61,717 nt of DNA, from contig CAMNKG010000001.1 of the NCBI GenBank assembly GCA_946542135.1, positions 1 through 61,717 of the forward strand. The letters are read 5' to 3'. Source of the DNA: an uncultured Bacteroidales bacterium. GTDB taxonomy: Bacteria > Bacteroidota > Bacteroidia > Bacteroidales > P3. A model generated the notes under the pieces. That model ran no database searches, was not told the DNA's origin, and saw only the letters and a program-made list of their open reading frames with translations. A program made the translations under genes and the position numbers. Positions 51,837-61,717 of this stretch are shown here, piece after piece (position 1 is the first letter of the stretch; every line of letters begins with the position of its first letter).

Positions 51837-53456
51837 TTATTTTTTCTTGAAATAGGTGACGGCTTCTTGCAACTCGGGGTCGTTTTTGATGGTGAGTGCA
51901 TAGAATGAGGAGGTGTTGTATAGCATCATGGCTATCTCTGCTTTGACATAGGTGCGTATGTCTTCTTTATATTTGGCTATGGAGCGCATGTTGCGGTCCA
52001 CTCCTTTTTGTTGCGCTTTGTTGAAAATCTCCTCGAGCATGGCGTCGCTGACACGGTACGCCGACACGAAGCTCTCGGGGGTCTTGTACTGTTTCTTGAT
52101 CGTCTGGCCGCGACTGGAGACAAGGTCGAATACGTAGTCGTTGACGATGTTCTTTGAAATCAGCTGGTTGTAATAAACTACATTGGAGTCGCTTTTGTAG
52201 CCGATCGAATGGTCGGGGTATATTCCGCCGCCGCCATAGACGACACGTCCTTTGGTGGTGTAGAAGGGGGTGGAGTCTGTGATTTGCGAAAGCAGTGAAT
52301 CGTTGACGTAGCCGTCTATGACTTGCTGGATGAAGTCATTGTAGTATTCGTCGCTGCCTCTGTCGTAGGGCCGCTGTATGCAACGCCCCGAGGGGGTGTA
52401 ATAGCGCGCTATGGTCAGCAGGAGCGCCGACTGGTCGGGGAGCTCGAATCGCTGCTGCACCAGGCCTTTGCCAAACGAACGCCGTCCCACGACCAGGCCG
52501 CGGTCGTTGTCCTGGATGGCGCCTGCCACTATCTCGCTCGCCGATGCCGAATACTCATTGATCATCACGATGAGCTCGCCCTCGTCGAAGAGCCCGCCCT
52601 TGTGCGAACGCTCCACCTGTTTCCGCTGGTGTGCGCCCTCGGTGTACACGATCATCTCTTTCCCGGGCAGCAACTCGTCGCATATGCCGATGGCCGCTGT
52701 GAGCAACCCTCCGCTGTTGTTGCGCAGGTCGAGTACCATCTTTTGCATGCCTTGCTTCTTGAGTGTTGACACCGATGTGCGGAACTCGTCAAGGGTGGAT
52801 TCCCCAAACCGGGTCAGACGTATGTATCCCGTCGTGGCGTCAAGCATCCCGCTATAGCTTATGCTGGGCGTCTCGATGACGTCGCGCACCACTTTGAAAT
52901 GCCGCAGCCCGTCCTCCGACGGCCTCTTGATCTTCAAGTCAACGATGCTTTTGCGCGGCCCCCGTATCTTCTTCACAACCTCATCGTTGCCCATCTTCAC
53001 GCCGCTGACGGGCTCTCCGTTGACGGCGAGTATGATGTCGCCGGCCTGAAGCCCGGCTTTCTCGGCAGGCCCCTCGGGGATGATCTGCGACGCGCGTACC
53101 GTGTCGTTGATAAATCGGAGTATGATGCCGACCCCTTCAAAGTTGCCTCGAAGCGATTCCATCTCGCTCGCTATCTCTTGCTGCGACAGATATCGGCTGT
53201 GCGGGTCGAGCGCCGCAAGCATCGATGCATACATGCGGTCCATGACGGTGTCGTTGTCTAAAAGGTCTACATAGTGCCGGTCTATAAGGCTCCAGATGGC
53301 TTCCATCTTGTCGGTGAATTTCCCACCCGACAGGTACGGCGATAACGCCGTATTCCCCATCCGTTTGATGGTCGCCGTGGATCCCCAAAAGATTCCTATT
53401 GTGAGCGATAGGACGATCAAGATGATGACTATGGGTGCGTTTATCTGTTTCTTCAT
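51837..53456 (-). CDS. S41 family C-terminal processing peptidase
   Basis: 539 aa with an N-terminal TM helix, a PDZ domain (GLQAGDIILAVNGEPV) and the catalytic context NEYSASASEIVAGA. Confidence 0.85.
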   Translation of the reverse strand: MKKQINAPIVIILIVLSLTIGIFWGSTATIKRMGNTALSPYLSGGKFTDKMEAIWSLIDRHYVDLLDNDTVMDRMYASMLAALDPHSRYLSQQEIASEMESLRGNFEGVGIILRFINDTVRASQIIPEGPAEKAGLQAGDIILAVNGEPVSGVKMGNDEVVKKIRGPRKSIVDLKIKRPSEDGLRHFKVVRDVIETPSISYSGMLDATTGYIRLTRFGESTLDEFRTSVSTLKKQGMQKMVLDLRNNSGGLLTAAIGICDELLPGKEMIVYTEGAHQRKQVERSHKGGLFDEGELIVMINEYSASASEIVAGAIQDNDRGLVVGRRSFGKGLVQQRFELPDQSALLLTIARYYTPSGRCIQRPYDRGSDEYYNDFIQQVIDGYVNDSLLSQITDSTPFYTTKGRVVYGGGGIYPDHSIGYKSDSNVVYYNQLISKNIVNDYVFDLVSSRGQTIKKQYKTPESFVSAYRVSDAMLEEIFNKAQQKGVDRNMRSIAKYKEDIRTYVKAEIAMMLYNTSSFYALTIKNDPELQEAVTYFKKK

Positions 53457-53526
53457 GATGTCACAACAACGTCAGCTCTTTGAAAATATTGTTGTCTTCG
53501 TCAACTGAATTTTTCTTCCTTTATTA

Positions 53527-53670
53527 TGAGGCAGCGTCTGCTGTTTTTTTATGTCGGCGACTGCTATCTTTTTTATGTCGGCGACTGCTATCTTTTTTAT
53601 GTCGGCGTCTGCTGTTTTTATTATGTCGGCGTCTGCTGTCTCTTTTATGTCGGCGTCTGCGGCTTCTTCA
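53527..53670. repeat. 24-bp tandem repeat ATGTCGGCG(A/T)CTGC... x5 plus one degenerate copy
   Basis: Units start at 53551, 53575, 53599, 53623 and 53647, exactly 24 bp apart. The first two units are identical. Confidence 0.9.
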
Positions 53671-53893
53671 TGCATCACTTCTTCGTTCGCCGGTTGCCTG
53701 CCTGCGCAGTTATGAACAGCTGTTGAAAAAGTCCTCGAAATTCTGTTTTTGCCTTCCTTTTTGCGCTCCAAAAAGCAATCAAAAAATCACGTAACTGCTC
53801 TGCTAATTGTAATTTAACATTGTTGCAAATTACAGTAAATCAATTCCCCTATGAGATTTTAATATTTTTTAACAAGTAATGTTATGATGTTTC

Positions 53894-53924
53894 TTTGCTG
53901 TTCGGAAAAATGGTTGTACTTTTG
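53894..53924 (+). promoter_or_regulatory. Candidate promoter of the rpsL operon
   Basis: TTTG (53894-53897), 19 nt of spacer, then TACTTTTG (53917-53924). It sits about 80 nt upstream of ATG 54006. Confidence 0.6.
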
Positions 53925-54005
53925 CACTCCATTTCAAGGGCATATTATGCTCTGAAATTATATCGGAAATCATTAATTTAGAAATAATAATATTAAAGAA
54001 AAGAA

Positions 54006-54389
54006 ATGCCAACAATTCAGCAATTAGTTCGCAAAGGACGTCAGAAAATGGAGTACAAAAGTAAATCTCCTGCGTTGGACGCTTGCCCGCAGCGTCGTGG
54101 TGTCTGCACCCGTGTGTATACCACCACTCCTAAAAAACCTAACTCGGCTATGCGTAAGGTGGCCCGTGTCCGCCTGACCAACCAAAAGGAAGTCAATGCC
54201 TATATCCCCGGCGAAGGCCATAACCTGCAGGAACACTCCATCGTTATGATCCGCGGAGGCCGTGTCAAGGATCTCCCCGGCGTTCGTTATCATATCATCC
54301 GCGGTGCTTTAGACACCTCCGGCGTCGACGGCCGTCGCCAGCGTCGCTCCAAATACGGTGCCAAACGCCCCAAGCAAGCAGCAAAATAA
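54006..54389 (+). CDS. rpsL: 30S ribosomal protein S12
   Basis: 127 aa with [12 protein letters not shown]...[16 protein letters not shown]. Confidence 0.97.
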   Translation: MPTIQQLVRKGRQKMEYKSKSPALDACPQRRGVCTRVYTTTPKKPNSAMRKVARVRLTNQKEVNAYIPGEGHNLQEHSIVMIRGGRVKDLPGVRYHIIRGALDTSGVDGRRQRRSKYGAKRPKQAAK

Positions 54390-54426
54390 TCCCATTTAAG
54401 AACAGTTTTTTAGCTCGTAATTAGCA

Positions 54427-54894
54427 ATGAGAAAAGCAAAACCCAAAAAGAGAATCATCCTCCCGGATCCCAAATACAACGATGTCCTGGTGACCAAGTT
54501 CGTCAACAACCTGATGATGGGTGGCAAAAAGACCATCGCCTACAAGATTTTCTACGAGGCAATCGACGTTGTCTCTGACCGTACCAAAGAAGACGGCCTC
54601 GAAGTCTGGAAAAAAGCCCTCGCCAACATCACCCCCTCTGTCGAGGTGAAAAGCCGCCGTATCGGTGGTGCTACCTTCCAGGTCCCCACTGAAATACGCC
54701 CCGAACGCAAACAGTCGATCGGCATGAAGAACCTCATCTCCTTCTCCCGCAAACGCAGCGAGAAAACCATGGCTCTCAAACTCGCCGCTGAAATCCAGGC
54801 TGCTTACAAGGAAGAAGGCGCCGCTTTCAAACGCAAGGAGGATATCCACCGTATGGCTGAAGCTAACAAGGCCTTCTCGCACTTCAGATTCTAA
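54427..54894 (+). CDS. rpsG: 30S ribosomal protein S7
   Basis: 155 aa. PDPKYND...[13 protein letters not shown] is typical of S7. Confidence 0.97.
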   Translation: MRKAKPKKRIILPDPKYNDVLVTKFVNNLMMGGKKTIAYKIFYEAIDVVSDRTKEDGLEVWKKALANITPSVEVKSRRIGGATFQVPTEIRPERKQSIGMKNLISFSRKRSEKTMALKLAAEIQAAYKEEGAAFKRKEDIHRMAEANKAFSHFRF

Positions 54895-54963
54895 TCCCCC
54901 AAGAAAAGAAAATTGTTTAATAATATAGTATTTATTCTTTAATAATTAATCTCAACTAATCTC

Positions 54964-57057
54964 ATGTCCGACCTTCACTACACAAGAAATATAGGAATAA
55001 TGGCCCATATCGATGCTGGTAAAACAACAACGACCGAGCGTATTTTGTTCTATACGGGCAAGAACTACAAGTTGGGAGAAACCCATGAGGGCTCTGCCAC
55101 CATGGACTGGATGGTCCAAGAGCAGGAACGTGGCATCACCATCACTTCTGCCGCCACTACGGTCTACTGGGACTGGAAGGACCACAGATATAAATACAAT
55201 ATTATCGATACTCCTGGCCATGTCGACTTCACTGTCGAGGTCGAGCGCTCTCTGCGCGTCCTCGACGGCGCTATCGCCATCTTCTGCGCCGTGGGCGGCG
55301 TGGAACCTCAGTCCGAAACGGTTTGGCGTCAGGCTGATAAGTACAAGGTGCCCCGCATCGCCTTCGTCAACAAGATGGACCGCGCCGGCGCCGATTTCTT
55401 CGCCGTCGTCAACCAAATCAAGGAACGCCTGGGCGCCAACCCCATCCCTATCGAGATACCGATAGGTCAGGAAGACCTCTATAAAGGTGTCGTTAACCTT
55501 ATCACCAACAAGGCCCTGATTTGGGACGAGGCTTCCAATGGCTCCAAATTCTATGAGGTTCCTATGCCCGACGACCTGAAAGAGGTCGTCTCGGAATACC
55601 GCCAGAAACTGATTGAAGGCGTCGCCGAAGAAAACGAAGAACTGATGATGAAGTTCTTCGACGATCCCGACTCCATCACCGAGGACGAAATCATCGCCGA
55701 GATCCGCAAGGCTACCCTCGCCATGAAAATCACCCCCGTGATGTGCGGTTCGGCATTCAAAAACAAAGGTGTTCAGTCGCTCCTCGACGCTGTGGCCGCT
55801 TTCCTACCTTCGCCGCTCGACCTCAACGATGTCGAGGGTATCAACCCCAAAACTGAAAAGACGGAGACACGCAAAATCGACGTGAAGGCTCCCTTCGCGG
55901 CTCTGGCTTTCAAAATCGCCACCGACCCCTACGTCGGCCGTCTCTGCTTTTTCCGCGTCTACTCGGGCTCTCTCGAGTCGGGCTCCTATGTCTACAACGC
56001 CAACACGGGTAAGAAGGAACGCATCTCCCGTATCATGCAGATGCATTCCAACAAGCAGAACCCCCTCGACCGTATCGAGGCTGGCGACATCGGTGCTGCC
56101 GTAGGCTTCAAGGAAATTAAAACAGGACATACCCTGTGCGATGAACAACATCCTATCATCCTCGAATCCATGAAGTTCCCCGAACCGGTCATCAGCATCG
56201 CCGTGGAACCGCTCACGCAGGGCGATATGGACAAGCTGACGAACGCCTTGATGAAACTCGCCGAGGAAGACCCCACGTTCCGTGTCAAAACTGACGAGGT
56301 CTCCGGACAGACTATCATCAGCGGCATGGGCGAGCTCCATCTGGATATCATCATGGACCGCCTGCGTCGCGAATTCAATGTCGAAGTCAACCAGGGTCGT
56401 CCGGAAGTGGCCTACAAAGAGGCTATCACCCAGACTGTCCAGCACCACGAAGTCTACAAGAAGCAGACGGGTGGTAAGGGCAAGTTCGCCGATATCCTCT
56501 TTGAAATCGGTCCTGCCGACGAAGGCGTCAAAGGCCTTCAGTTCATCAACGAGGTTAAAGGCGGCAATATTCCCAAGGAGTATATCCCTGCCATCGAGAA
56601 GGGCTTCAAAGAGGCTATGCTTAACGGCGTCCTCGCAGGCTATCCGCTCGACAGCATGAAGGTCAGGGTGATCGACGGCTCTTTCCATCCGGTCGACTCT
56701 GATCAGCTCTCCTTCGAAGTGTGCGCCAAAATTGGTTTCAAGAACGCTTGCCGCAAAGCCGGCGCCGTACTTCTGGAACCTATCATGAAACTCGAAGTCC
56801 TTACCCCCGACGCTTATGTCGGCGACGTCACCGGCGACCTCAACCGCCGCCGCGGCATGCTCGAAAACATCACCGCCAAAGTCGGCGTACAGGCTATCCA
56901 TGCCAAGGTGCCGCTCGAACAGATGTTTGGCTATGTGACTTCGCTACGCACCATCACTTCGGGACGCGCCAACTCCACCATGGAATTCTCCCATTACGCC
57001 GAAGTCAGCAAGGAACAACAGGATGCTATCTTGAAAAGTAAATACAATTATTCATAA
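54964..57057 (+). CDS. fusA: Elongation factor G
   Basis: 697 aa with the G-domain motifs [20 protein letters not shown] and NKMD. Confidence 0.97.
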   Translation: MSDLHYTRNIGIMAHIDAGKTTTTERILFYTGKNYKLGETHEGSATMDWMVQEQERGITITSAATTVYWDWKDHRYKYNIIDTPGHVDFTVEVERSLRVLDGAIAIFCAVGGVEPQSETVWRQADKYKVPRIAFVNKMDRAGADFFAVVNQIKERLGANPIPIEIPIGQEDLYKGVVNLITNKALIWDEASNGSKFYEVPMPDDLKEVVSEYRQKLIEGVAEENEELMMKFFDDPDSITEDEIIAEIRKATLAMKITPVMCGSAFKNKGVQSLLDAVAAFLPSPLDLNDVEGINPKTEKTETRKIDVKAPFAALAFKIATDPYVGRLCFFRVYSGSLESGSYVYNANTGKKERISRIMQMHSNKQNPLDRIEAGDIGAAVGFKEIKTGHTLCDEQHPIILESMKFPEPVISIAVEPLTQGDMDKLTNALMKLAEEDPTFRVKTDEVSGQTIISGMGELHLDIIMDRLRREFNVEVNQGRPEVAYKEAITQTVQHHEVYKKQTGGKGKFADILFEIGPADEGVKGLQFINEVKGGNIPKEYIPAIEKGFKEAMLNGVLAGYPLDSMKVRVIDGSFHPVDSDQLSFEVCAKIGFKNACRKAGAVLLEPIMKLEVLTPDAYVGDVTGDLNRRRGMLENITAKVGVQAIHAKVPLEQMFGYVTSLRTITSGRANSTMEFSHYAEVSKEQQDAILKSKYNYS

Positions 57058-57077
57058 GATCTCTAAACAATAAAACC

Positions 57078-57386
57078 GTGAGTCAAAGAATCAGAATCAA
57101 ACTCAAATCTTACGATCACAACCTCGTCGACAAGTCGGCTGAGAAGATCGTGAAGACCGTCAAAATGACGGGCGCAGTGGTCAATGGCCCCATTCCGCTG
57201 CCGACAAACAAAAAGATTTTTACTGTCAACCGCTCCACTTTCGTCAACAAAAAGTCGCGTGAACAGTTCGAACTCAGCTCCTACAAGCGCTTGATGGACA
57301 TCGAAATCAACGATCGTACCAAGACCATCGACGCGCTCATGAAGCTTGAACTCCCCAGTGGTGTCGAAGTAGAAATCAAAGTGTGA
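57078..57386 (+). CDS. rpsJ: 30S ribosomal protein S10
   Basis: 102 aa with a GTG start (no in-frame ATG nearby) and [16 protein letters not shown]. Confidence 0.95.
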   Translation: MSQRIRIKLKSYDHNLVDKSAEKIVKTVKMTGAVVNGPIPLPTNKKIFTVNRSTFVNKKSREQFELSSYKRLMDIEINDRTKTIDALMKLELPSGVEVEIKV

Positions 57387-57469
57387 AATTAACTCAGCCT
57401 ATGCCTCTGCTGCCTTGGCGGGCACATGTATGCTGATATCTAACAACAACTAATCCATCAAAAAAAGAA

Positions 57470-58099
57470 ATGTCAGGATTATTAGGAAAAAAAATTGGAA
57501 TGACCAGTCTTTTTGATGCCGACGGTAAGCAAATACCGTGCACTGTTATTGAAGCTGGTCCTTGTGTCGTTACACAAGTAAGAACCATCGAAAAAGATGG
57601 TTACGAGGCCATCCAGTTGGCTTTTGGTGAAAAGAAAGAGTCTCACACCACCAAGCCTATGAAAGGCCATTTTGCAAAAGCTGGCACCACCCCGAAACGC
57701 TACCTCGCTGAATTCTCGCGTTTCGAAGAAGGCCACAAGAAAAAATATGGTGAAGTTTTGACTGTTGAAGTCTTCCAGGAAGGCGAATTCGTCGACGTCG
57801 TCGGCACTTCCAAGGGTAAAGGCTTCCAGGGCGTCGTCAAAAGACACGGTTTCGGCGGTGTTGGAGATCTCACTCACGGTCAGCATGACCGCCTCCGCGC
57901 TCCTGGTTCGATTGGCGCCTCGTCCTATCCTTCGCGTATCTTCAAGGGCATGCGCATGGCCGGCCAGACGGGCAACCATCGCGTCAAGGTCCAAAACCTC
58001 CAGGTGGTCAAGATTATCCCTGAGAAGAATTTAATGATTGTTAAAGGTTCTGTACCGGGACCCAAAGGTTCAATTTTAAAAATGGAAAGATGGAGTTAA
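57470..58099 (+). CDS. rplC: 50S ribosomal protein L3
   Basis: 209 aa with [13 protein letters not shown]...[15 protein letters not shown]. Confidence 0.97.
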   Translation: MSGLLGKKIGMTSLFDADGKQIPCTVIEAGPCVVTQVRTIEKDGYEAIQLAFGEKKESHTTKPMKGHFAKAGTTPKRYLAEFSRFEEGHKKKYGEVLTVEVFQEGEFVDVVGTSKGKGFQGVVKRHGFGGVGDLTHGQHDRLRAPGSIGASSYPSRIFKGMRMAGQTGNHRVKVQNLQVVKIIPEKNLMIVKGSVPGPKGSILKMERWS

Positions 58100-58722
58100 A
58101 AGTTTATAACATCAACGGAAGCGAAACCGGTAGAACCATCACCCTCGACGATTCTATCTTCGCAATTACGCCCAACGACCACGCGATCTATCTCGACTGC
58201 AAGCAGTACCTCGCCGACCAGCGTCAGGGCACCCATAAAAGCAAAGAACGCTCGGAAATTGCTCATAGCACCCGCAAACTCAAACGCCAGAAAGGCACCG
58301 GCGGCGCCCGCTCGGGCGATATCAAGAGCCCCGTGTTTGTCGGCGGCGGCCGCATCTTCGGACCCAAGCCCCGCGACTACCGCTTCAAGCTCAACGTCAA
58401 GGTCAAACGCCTCGCTCGCCGCTCCGCTCTGAGCTACAAGGTTGCTGACAACGCTATGACTGTTGTCGAAAACTTCTCTTTCGACGCCCCCAAGACGAAA
58501 GCTATGATCGACGTTTTGAACAAGCTCAATGTCAATGATAAAAAATCACTTTTTGTGCTTGAAAATCAAAATAATTTCATATCTTTGTCTGCTCGTAACC
58601 TGAAGAATGTGAAAGTGGTAAACGTCAATCAATTAAATACTTATGACATTGTTGACGCTACCAATATCGTCATTTCTGAGGGCTCAATTAGCGAAATTGC
58701 CCGCGTTTTGGCAACGAAATAA
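58090..58722 (+). CDS. rplD: 50S ribosomal protein L4
   Basis: 210 aa with [13 protein letters not shown]...KGTGGARSG. It overlaps the end of rplC by 10 nt. Confidence 0.95.
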   Translation: MELKVYNINGSETGRTITLDDSIFAITPNDHAIYLDCKQYLADQRQGTHKSKERSEIAHSTRKLKRQKGTGGARSGDIKSPVFVGGGRIFGPKPRDYRFKLNVKVKRLARRSALSYKVADNAMTVVENFSFDAPKTKAMIDVLNKLNVNDKKSLFVLENQNNFISLSARNLKNVKVVNVNQLNTYDIVDATNIVISEGSISEIARVLATK

Positions 58723-58758
58723 ATGGTGTAACAAAATAGTTTAAGAATTTTTAACACG

Positions 58759-59109
58759 ATGAATATTATAGTAAAACCGCTCATTAGCGAAAAAATGACC
58801 CGACTCACCGAGGCTGCCGCTGAACCTAAGCTCACCCGCATCCAACGTGACAAAGGCATTGCGCTGAAACCGGCACAGAACCGTTACGGCTTTATCGTTG
58901 ACAAACGGGCTAACAAAATTGAGATTAAGAAAGCTGTCGAAGAGTTCTATAATGTCAAAGTTGTTGATGTCAACACCATGAACTACTCCGGTAAGTCGAA
59001 AAGCCGCTACACCAAGGCTGGCTTCCTCCAGGGCCGTACCAACGCCTTCAAGAAGGCTGTCGTCACCCTCGCACCCGACAACACGATTGACTTCTACAGC
59101 AGCATCTGA
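58759..59109 (+). CDS. rplW: 50S ribosomal protein L23 (with an internal insertion of about 20 aa)
   Basis: 116 aa with the core NRYGFIVDKRANKIEIKKAVEEFYNVKVVDVNT. The extra segment AAAEPKLTRIQRDKGIALKPAQ follows the first strand. Confidence 0.93.
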   Translation: MNIIVKPLISEKMTRLTEAAAEPKLTRIQRDKGIALKPAQNRYGFIVDKRANKIEIKKAVEEFYNVKVVDVNTMNYSGKSKSRYTKAGFLQGRTNAFKKAVVTLAPDNTIDFYSSI

Positions 59110-59200
59110 AATTAACCAAGGAAGCTGGTTCTCGCCAGCTTCCTATTGTCAAATATTTTAATAGTAAGTTCCACTGATAAGAGAACACAAGTAAAAAGAA

Positions 59201-60025
59201 ATGGCTTTAAAGAAAATTAAACCGACAACCCCCGGTCAGCGTCACAAAATCGTCGTCACCAATGACGACATTACCGCTACCAAACCGGAGAAGAGCCTTG
59301 TCTACGGTATCCGCAAATCTGGCGGTCGTAACAACCAGGGTAAAATGACCATGCGCTACATCGGCGGCGGCCACAAACAACTCTACCGCTTCGTCGACTT
59401 CAAACGCGACAAGGACGGTGTCCCTGCAACTGTCAAAACCATCGAGTACGACCCCAACCGCAGCTCGCGTATCGCCCTCGTTTTCTACGCCGACGGCGAA
59501 AAACGCTATATCCTCGCTCCCCAAGGCCTTAAGGTCGGTCAGACTATCATGTCAGGTAACGGCGTTGCCCCGGAAATCGGCAACACTTTGACTTTGGCTG
59601 AGATCCCCTTCGGTACCCTCATCCACAACATCGAGCTCCGCCCCGGTCAGGGCGCTAAAATGGTACGCTCCGCCGGCGCTTACGCTCAGCTGATGTCTCG
59701 CGACGGCAAGTATGCCATCATCAAAATGCCCTCTGGCGAAATGCGCATGATCCTCCAATCCTGCCGCGCCACCGTCGGTATCGTCTCTAACCCCGAACAC
59801 AACCTCGAGGTCGGCGGTAAGGCCGGTCGCAACCGTTGGCTCGGCCGTCGCCCGCGCAACCGCGGCGTCGTCATGAACCCTGTCGACCACCCCATGGGCG
59901 GCGGCGAGGGTCGCCAGACTGGTGGACATCCTCGTTCGCGCAAGGGTATCCCCGCAAAGGGCTACAAGACTCGCGCTCCGAAGAAACAATCGAGCAAGTT
60001 CATTGTCGAAAGAAGAAAGAAGTAA
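59201..60025 (+). CDS. rplB: 50S ribosomal protein L2
   Basis: 274 aa with [22 protein letters not shown]...[13 protein letters not shown]. Confidence 0.97.
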   Translation: MALKKIKPTTPGQRHKIVVTNDDITATKPEKSLVYGIRKSGGRNNQGKMTMRYIGGGHKQLYRFVDFKRDKDGVPATVKTIEYDPNRSSRIALVFYADGEKRYILAPQGLKVGQTIMSGNGVAPEIGNTLTLAEIPFGTLIHNIELRPGQGAKMVRSAGAYAQLMSRDGKYAIIKMPSGEMRMILQSCRATVGIVSNPEHNLEVGGKAGRNRWLGRRPRNRGVVMNPVDHPMGGGEGRQTGGHPRSRKGIPAKGYKTRAPKKQSSKFIVERRKK

Positions 60026-60049
60026 TAACGATTAAAGCTAAACTAAAAG

Positions 60050-60328
60050 ATGAGTCGTTCATTAAAGAAAGGTCCGTACATTTTCCACAAACTGGAAAAA
60101 AGAGTAATCGAGGCACAACAGTCCAACAAGAAGGTCACCATCAAGACTTGGTCGAGAGCTTCTATGATTTCGCCCGACTTCGTTGGCCAGACCATCGCAG
60201 TGCATAACGGCAACAAATTCATCCCCGTATATGTCACTGAAAACATGGTGGGACATAAACTCGGCGAATTCGCTCCGACGCGTATTTTCCGCGGCCACGC
60301 CGGATCTAAAGATAAAGGTAAAAAATAA
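60050..60328 (+). CDS. rpsS: 30S ribosomal protein S19
   Basis: 92 aa with [11 protein letters not shown]...[12 protein letters not shown]. Confidence 0.97.
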   Translation: MSRSLKKGPYIFHKLEKRVIEAQQSNKKVTIKTWSRASMISPDFVGQTIAVHNGNKFIPVYVTENMVGHKLGEFAPTRIFRGHAGSKDKGKK

Positions 60329-60367
60329 ATAAGATATCCCCAGATATCCTAAAACGTTAAAAGAACA

Positions 60368-60805
60368 ATGGGACGTAGAAAACATAATAGTGCTGAAGCA
60401 CGCAAAGAAGCTAACAAGACCTTCTATGTGGCTAAGTTGATGAACAATCCGACTTCCCCGCGTAAGACTCGCCTTGTCGCCGATCTGATCCGTGGTGTTG
60501 ATGTAGAAAAGGCTCTTGCCATCCTCCAATACAATCCCAGAGAATCGGCACCGAAAATGCGTAAACTCCTCCTCTCCGCTATCGCCAACTGGCAGGCTAA
60601 AAACGAAGGCAAACGCATGGAAGACAGCCAACTCTATGTGAAAACCATCATGGTCGACGAAGGCCGCACAATGAAACGCATGCGCACGGCTCCCCAGGGT
60701 CGCGGTTACAGAATCCGCAAACGCAGCAACCACATCACCATGGTGATCGGTAGCCGCGCCGACGAAGCCGCTGCCGCCTCTGTGAAGGATCAAACACAAG
60801 AATAA
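60368..60805 (+). CDS. rplV: 50S ribosomal protein L22
   Basis: 145 aa. [14 protein letters not shown]...[17 protein letters not shown] is typical of L22. Confidence 0.95.
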   Translation: MGRRKHNSAEARKEANKTFYVAKLMNNPTSPRKTRLVADLIRGVDVEKALAILQYNPRESAPKMRKLLLSAIANWQAKNEGKRMEDSQLYVKTIMVDEGRTMKRMRTAPQGRGYRIRKRSNHITMVIGSRADEAAAASVKDQTQE

Positions 60806-60835
60806 TTAAAGTAATCAATAAGAAGAATTTCAAGA

Positions 60836-61588
60836 ATGGGACAAAAAACTAACCCAATTGGAAACAGATTAGGTATCATCCGCGGATGGGACTCTAACTG
60901 GTATGGCGGAAGAAAATTCGAGCAGAAACTTGTTGAGGATAATAAGATTCGTAAGTACCTCAATGCTCGTCTCGCCAAAGCTGGGATTTCGAAAATCTAC
61001 ATCGAAAGAACCCTGAAACTCCTTACCGTTACAATCAACACCGCTCGTCCGGGTCTGATTATCGGTAAGGCCGGCTCTGAAGTCGACAAACTGAAAGAAG
61101 AGTTGAAGAAACTCACTGGCAAGGATGTCCAGATCAACATCTCCGAGGTGAAACGCCCCGAACTCGACGCTGTCCTCGTGGCTCAAAACATCGCCAAGCA
61201 GATTGAAGGCCGTGTACAGTACCGCCGCGCCATCAAGACTGCCATCGCCTCGACCATGAGAATCGGTGCCGAAGGCATCAAGGTCTCCATCTCCGGTCGT
61301 ATCGGCGGCGCTGAAATGTCACGCACCGAACACTACAAGGAAGGTCGTACACCCCTCCACACCCTCCGCGCCGACATCGACTACGCTCTCGCCGAAGCTC
61401 ACACCGCTTATGGCCGCATGGGCGTCAAGGTTTGGATCTGCCGCGGCGTCGTCTATGGCAAACGCGAACTGGTCCCCTCTACCGTAGGCGGTCAGGCTGC
61501 CAAGGACAACAAACGTCCGGCCGGTATGGGTCGCCCCTCCTCGGGCCCCCGCAAAAGAAATAACAATAGAAATAATAATTCCAAGTAA
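60836..61588 (+). CDS. rpsC: 30S ribosomal protein S3
   Basis: 250 aa with [14 protein letters not shown]...[30 protein letters not shown] and a basic C-terminal tail. Confidence 0.97.
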   Translation: MGQKTNPIGNRLGIIRGWDSNWYGGRKFEQKLVEDNKIRKYLNARLAKAGISKIYIERTLKLLTVTINTARPGLIIGKAGSEVDKLKEELKKLTGKDVQINISEVKRPELDAVLVAQNIAKQIEGRVQYRRAIKTAIASTMRIGAEGIKVSISGRIGGAEMSRTEHYKEGRTPLHTLRADIDYALAEAHTAYGRMGVKVWICRGVVYGKRELVPSTVGGQAAKDNKRPAGMGRPSSGPRKRNNNRNNNSK

Positions 61589-61647
61589 GACAGCTCTACC
61601 CCCGGTCTATTCACCGGCACCAGCCGTCTCTTTAAATAGAAGTAACA

Positions 61648-61717
61648 ATGTTACAACCGAAAAAAACAAGATACAGAAAGCAGCAAAAAGGTAAAATTAA
61701 GGGCAATGCTTTCCGTG
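61648..61717 (+). CDS. rplP: 50S ribosomal protein L16, partial (5' end only)
   Basis: ATG at 61648. MLQPKKTRYRKQQKGKIKGNAFR runs off the window end. Confidence 0.9.
   Translation, partial: MLQPKKTRYRKQQKGKIKGNAFR

Noticed and set aside
53472-53771. 99-aa minus-strand ORF covering the 24-bp repeat as a confident protein-coding gene
   Set aside because: The open frame is explained by the repeat period being a multiple of 3, and frames are open on both strands. There is no signal peptide or known fold. I kept it only as a possibility in the findings.
55804-56901. 365-aa minus-strand ORF opposite fusA (and 60062..60799 opposite rpsS-rplV)
   Set aside because: Both are antisense shadows of highly conserved translation genes.
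57058-57077. Absence of tuf between fusA and rpsJ
   Set aside because: As far as I know, tuf is normally located elsewhere in Bacteroidota genomes, so this is an ordinary arrangement for the phylum.

Overview
This is a 61.7-kb chromosomal segment from a Bacteroidota genome, probably Bacteroidales and Prevotellaceae-like. That placement rests on several TTTG-N19-21-TAnnTTTG promoters, T9SS C-terminal sorting domains, an S46 peptidase, and fusA running directly into the S10 operon. Most of the window is densely packed housekeeping DNA: coaX, pth, a DPP7-like peptidase, trpS, miaA, clpX, rodA-mrdA, rbfA, TatD, Mrp/NifU, S41 and TlpA-like genes. The right end carries rpsL-rpsG-fusA-rpsJ-rplCDWB-rpsS-rplV-rpsC and the start of rplP. 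I saw no rRNA, tRNA, CRISPR array, transposase or integrase. The clearly accessory part is 9.8-15.9 kb. It is a tandem array with an exact 3524-bp period. Each unit is a two-gene cassette: an AT-rich secreted protein of unknown family followed by a 685-aa T9SS-exported protein. Two cargo paralogues are intact. They share an 884-bp block with no mismatch I can find, have diverged N-terminal heads, and show a sharp intragenic GC switch. A third unit has decayed, and a further CTD scar lies downstream of clpX. Other points worth a second look: an OadA-like carboxyltransferase whose biotinyl-type domain has no lysine, next to a stand-alone RnfA homologue; an SPFH/ribbon-helix-helix/two-membrane-protein operon behind a perfect 21-bp palindrome; two short tandem arrays filling the spacer before an ABC transporter; and a 24-bp tandem repeat upstream of the S41 peptidase. 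All family assignments come from reading motifs by eye and have not been checked against any database.
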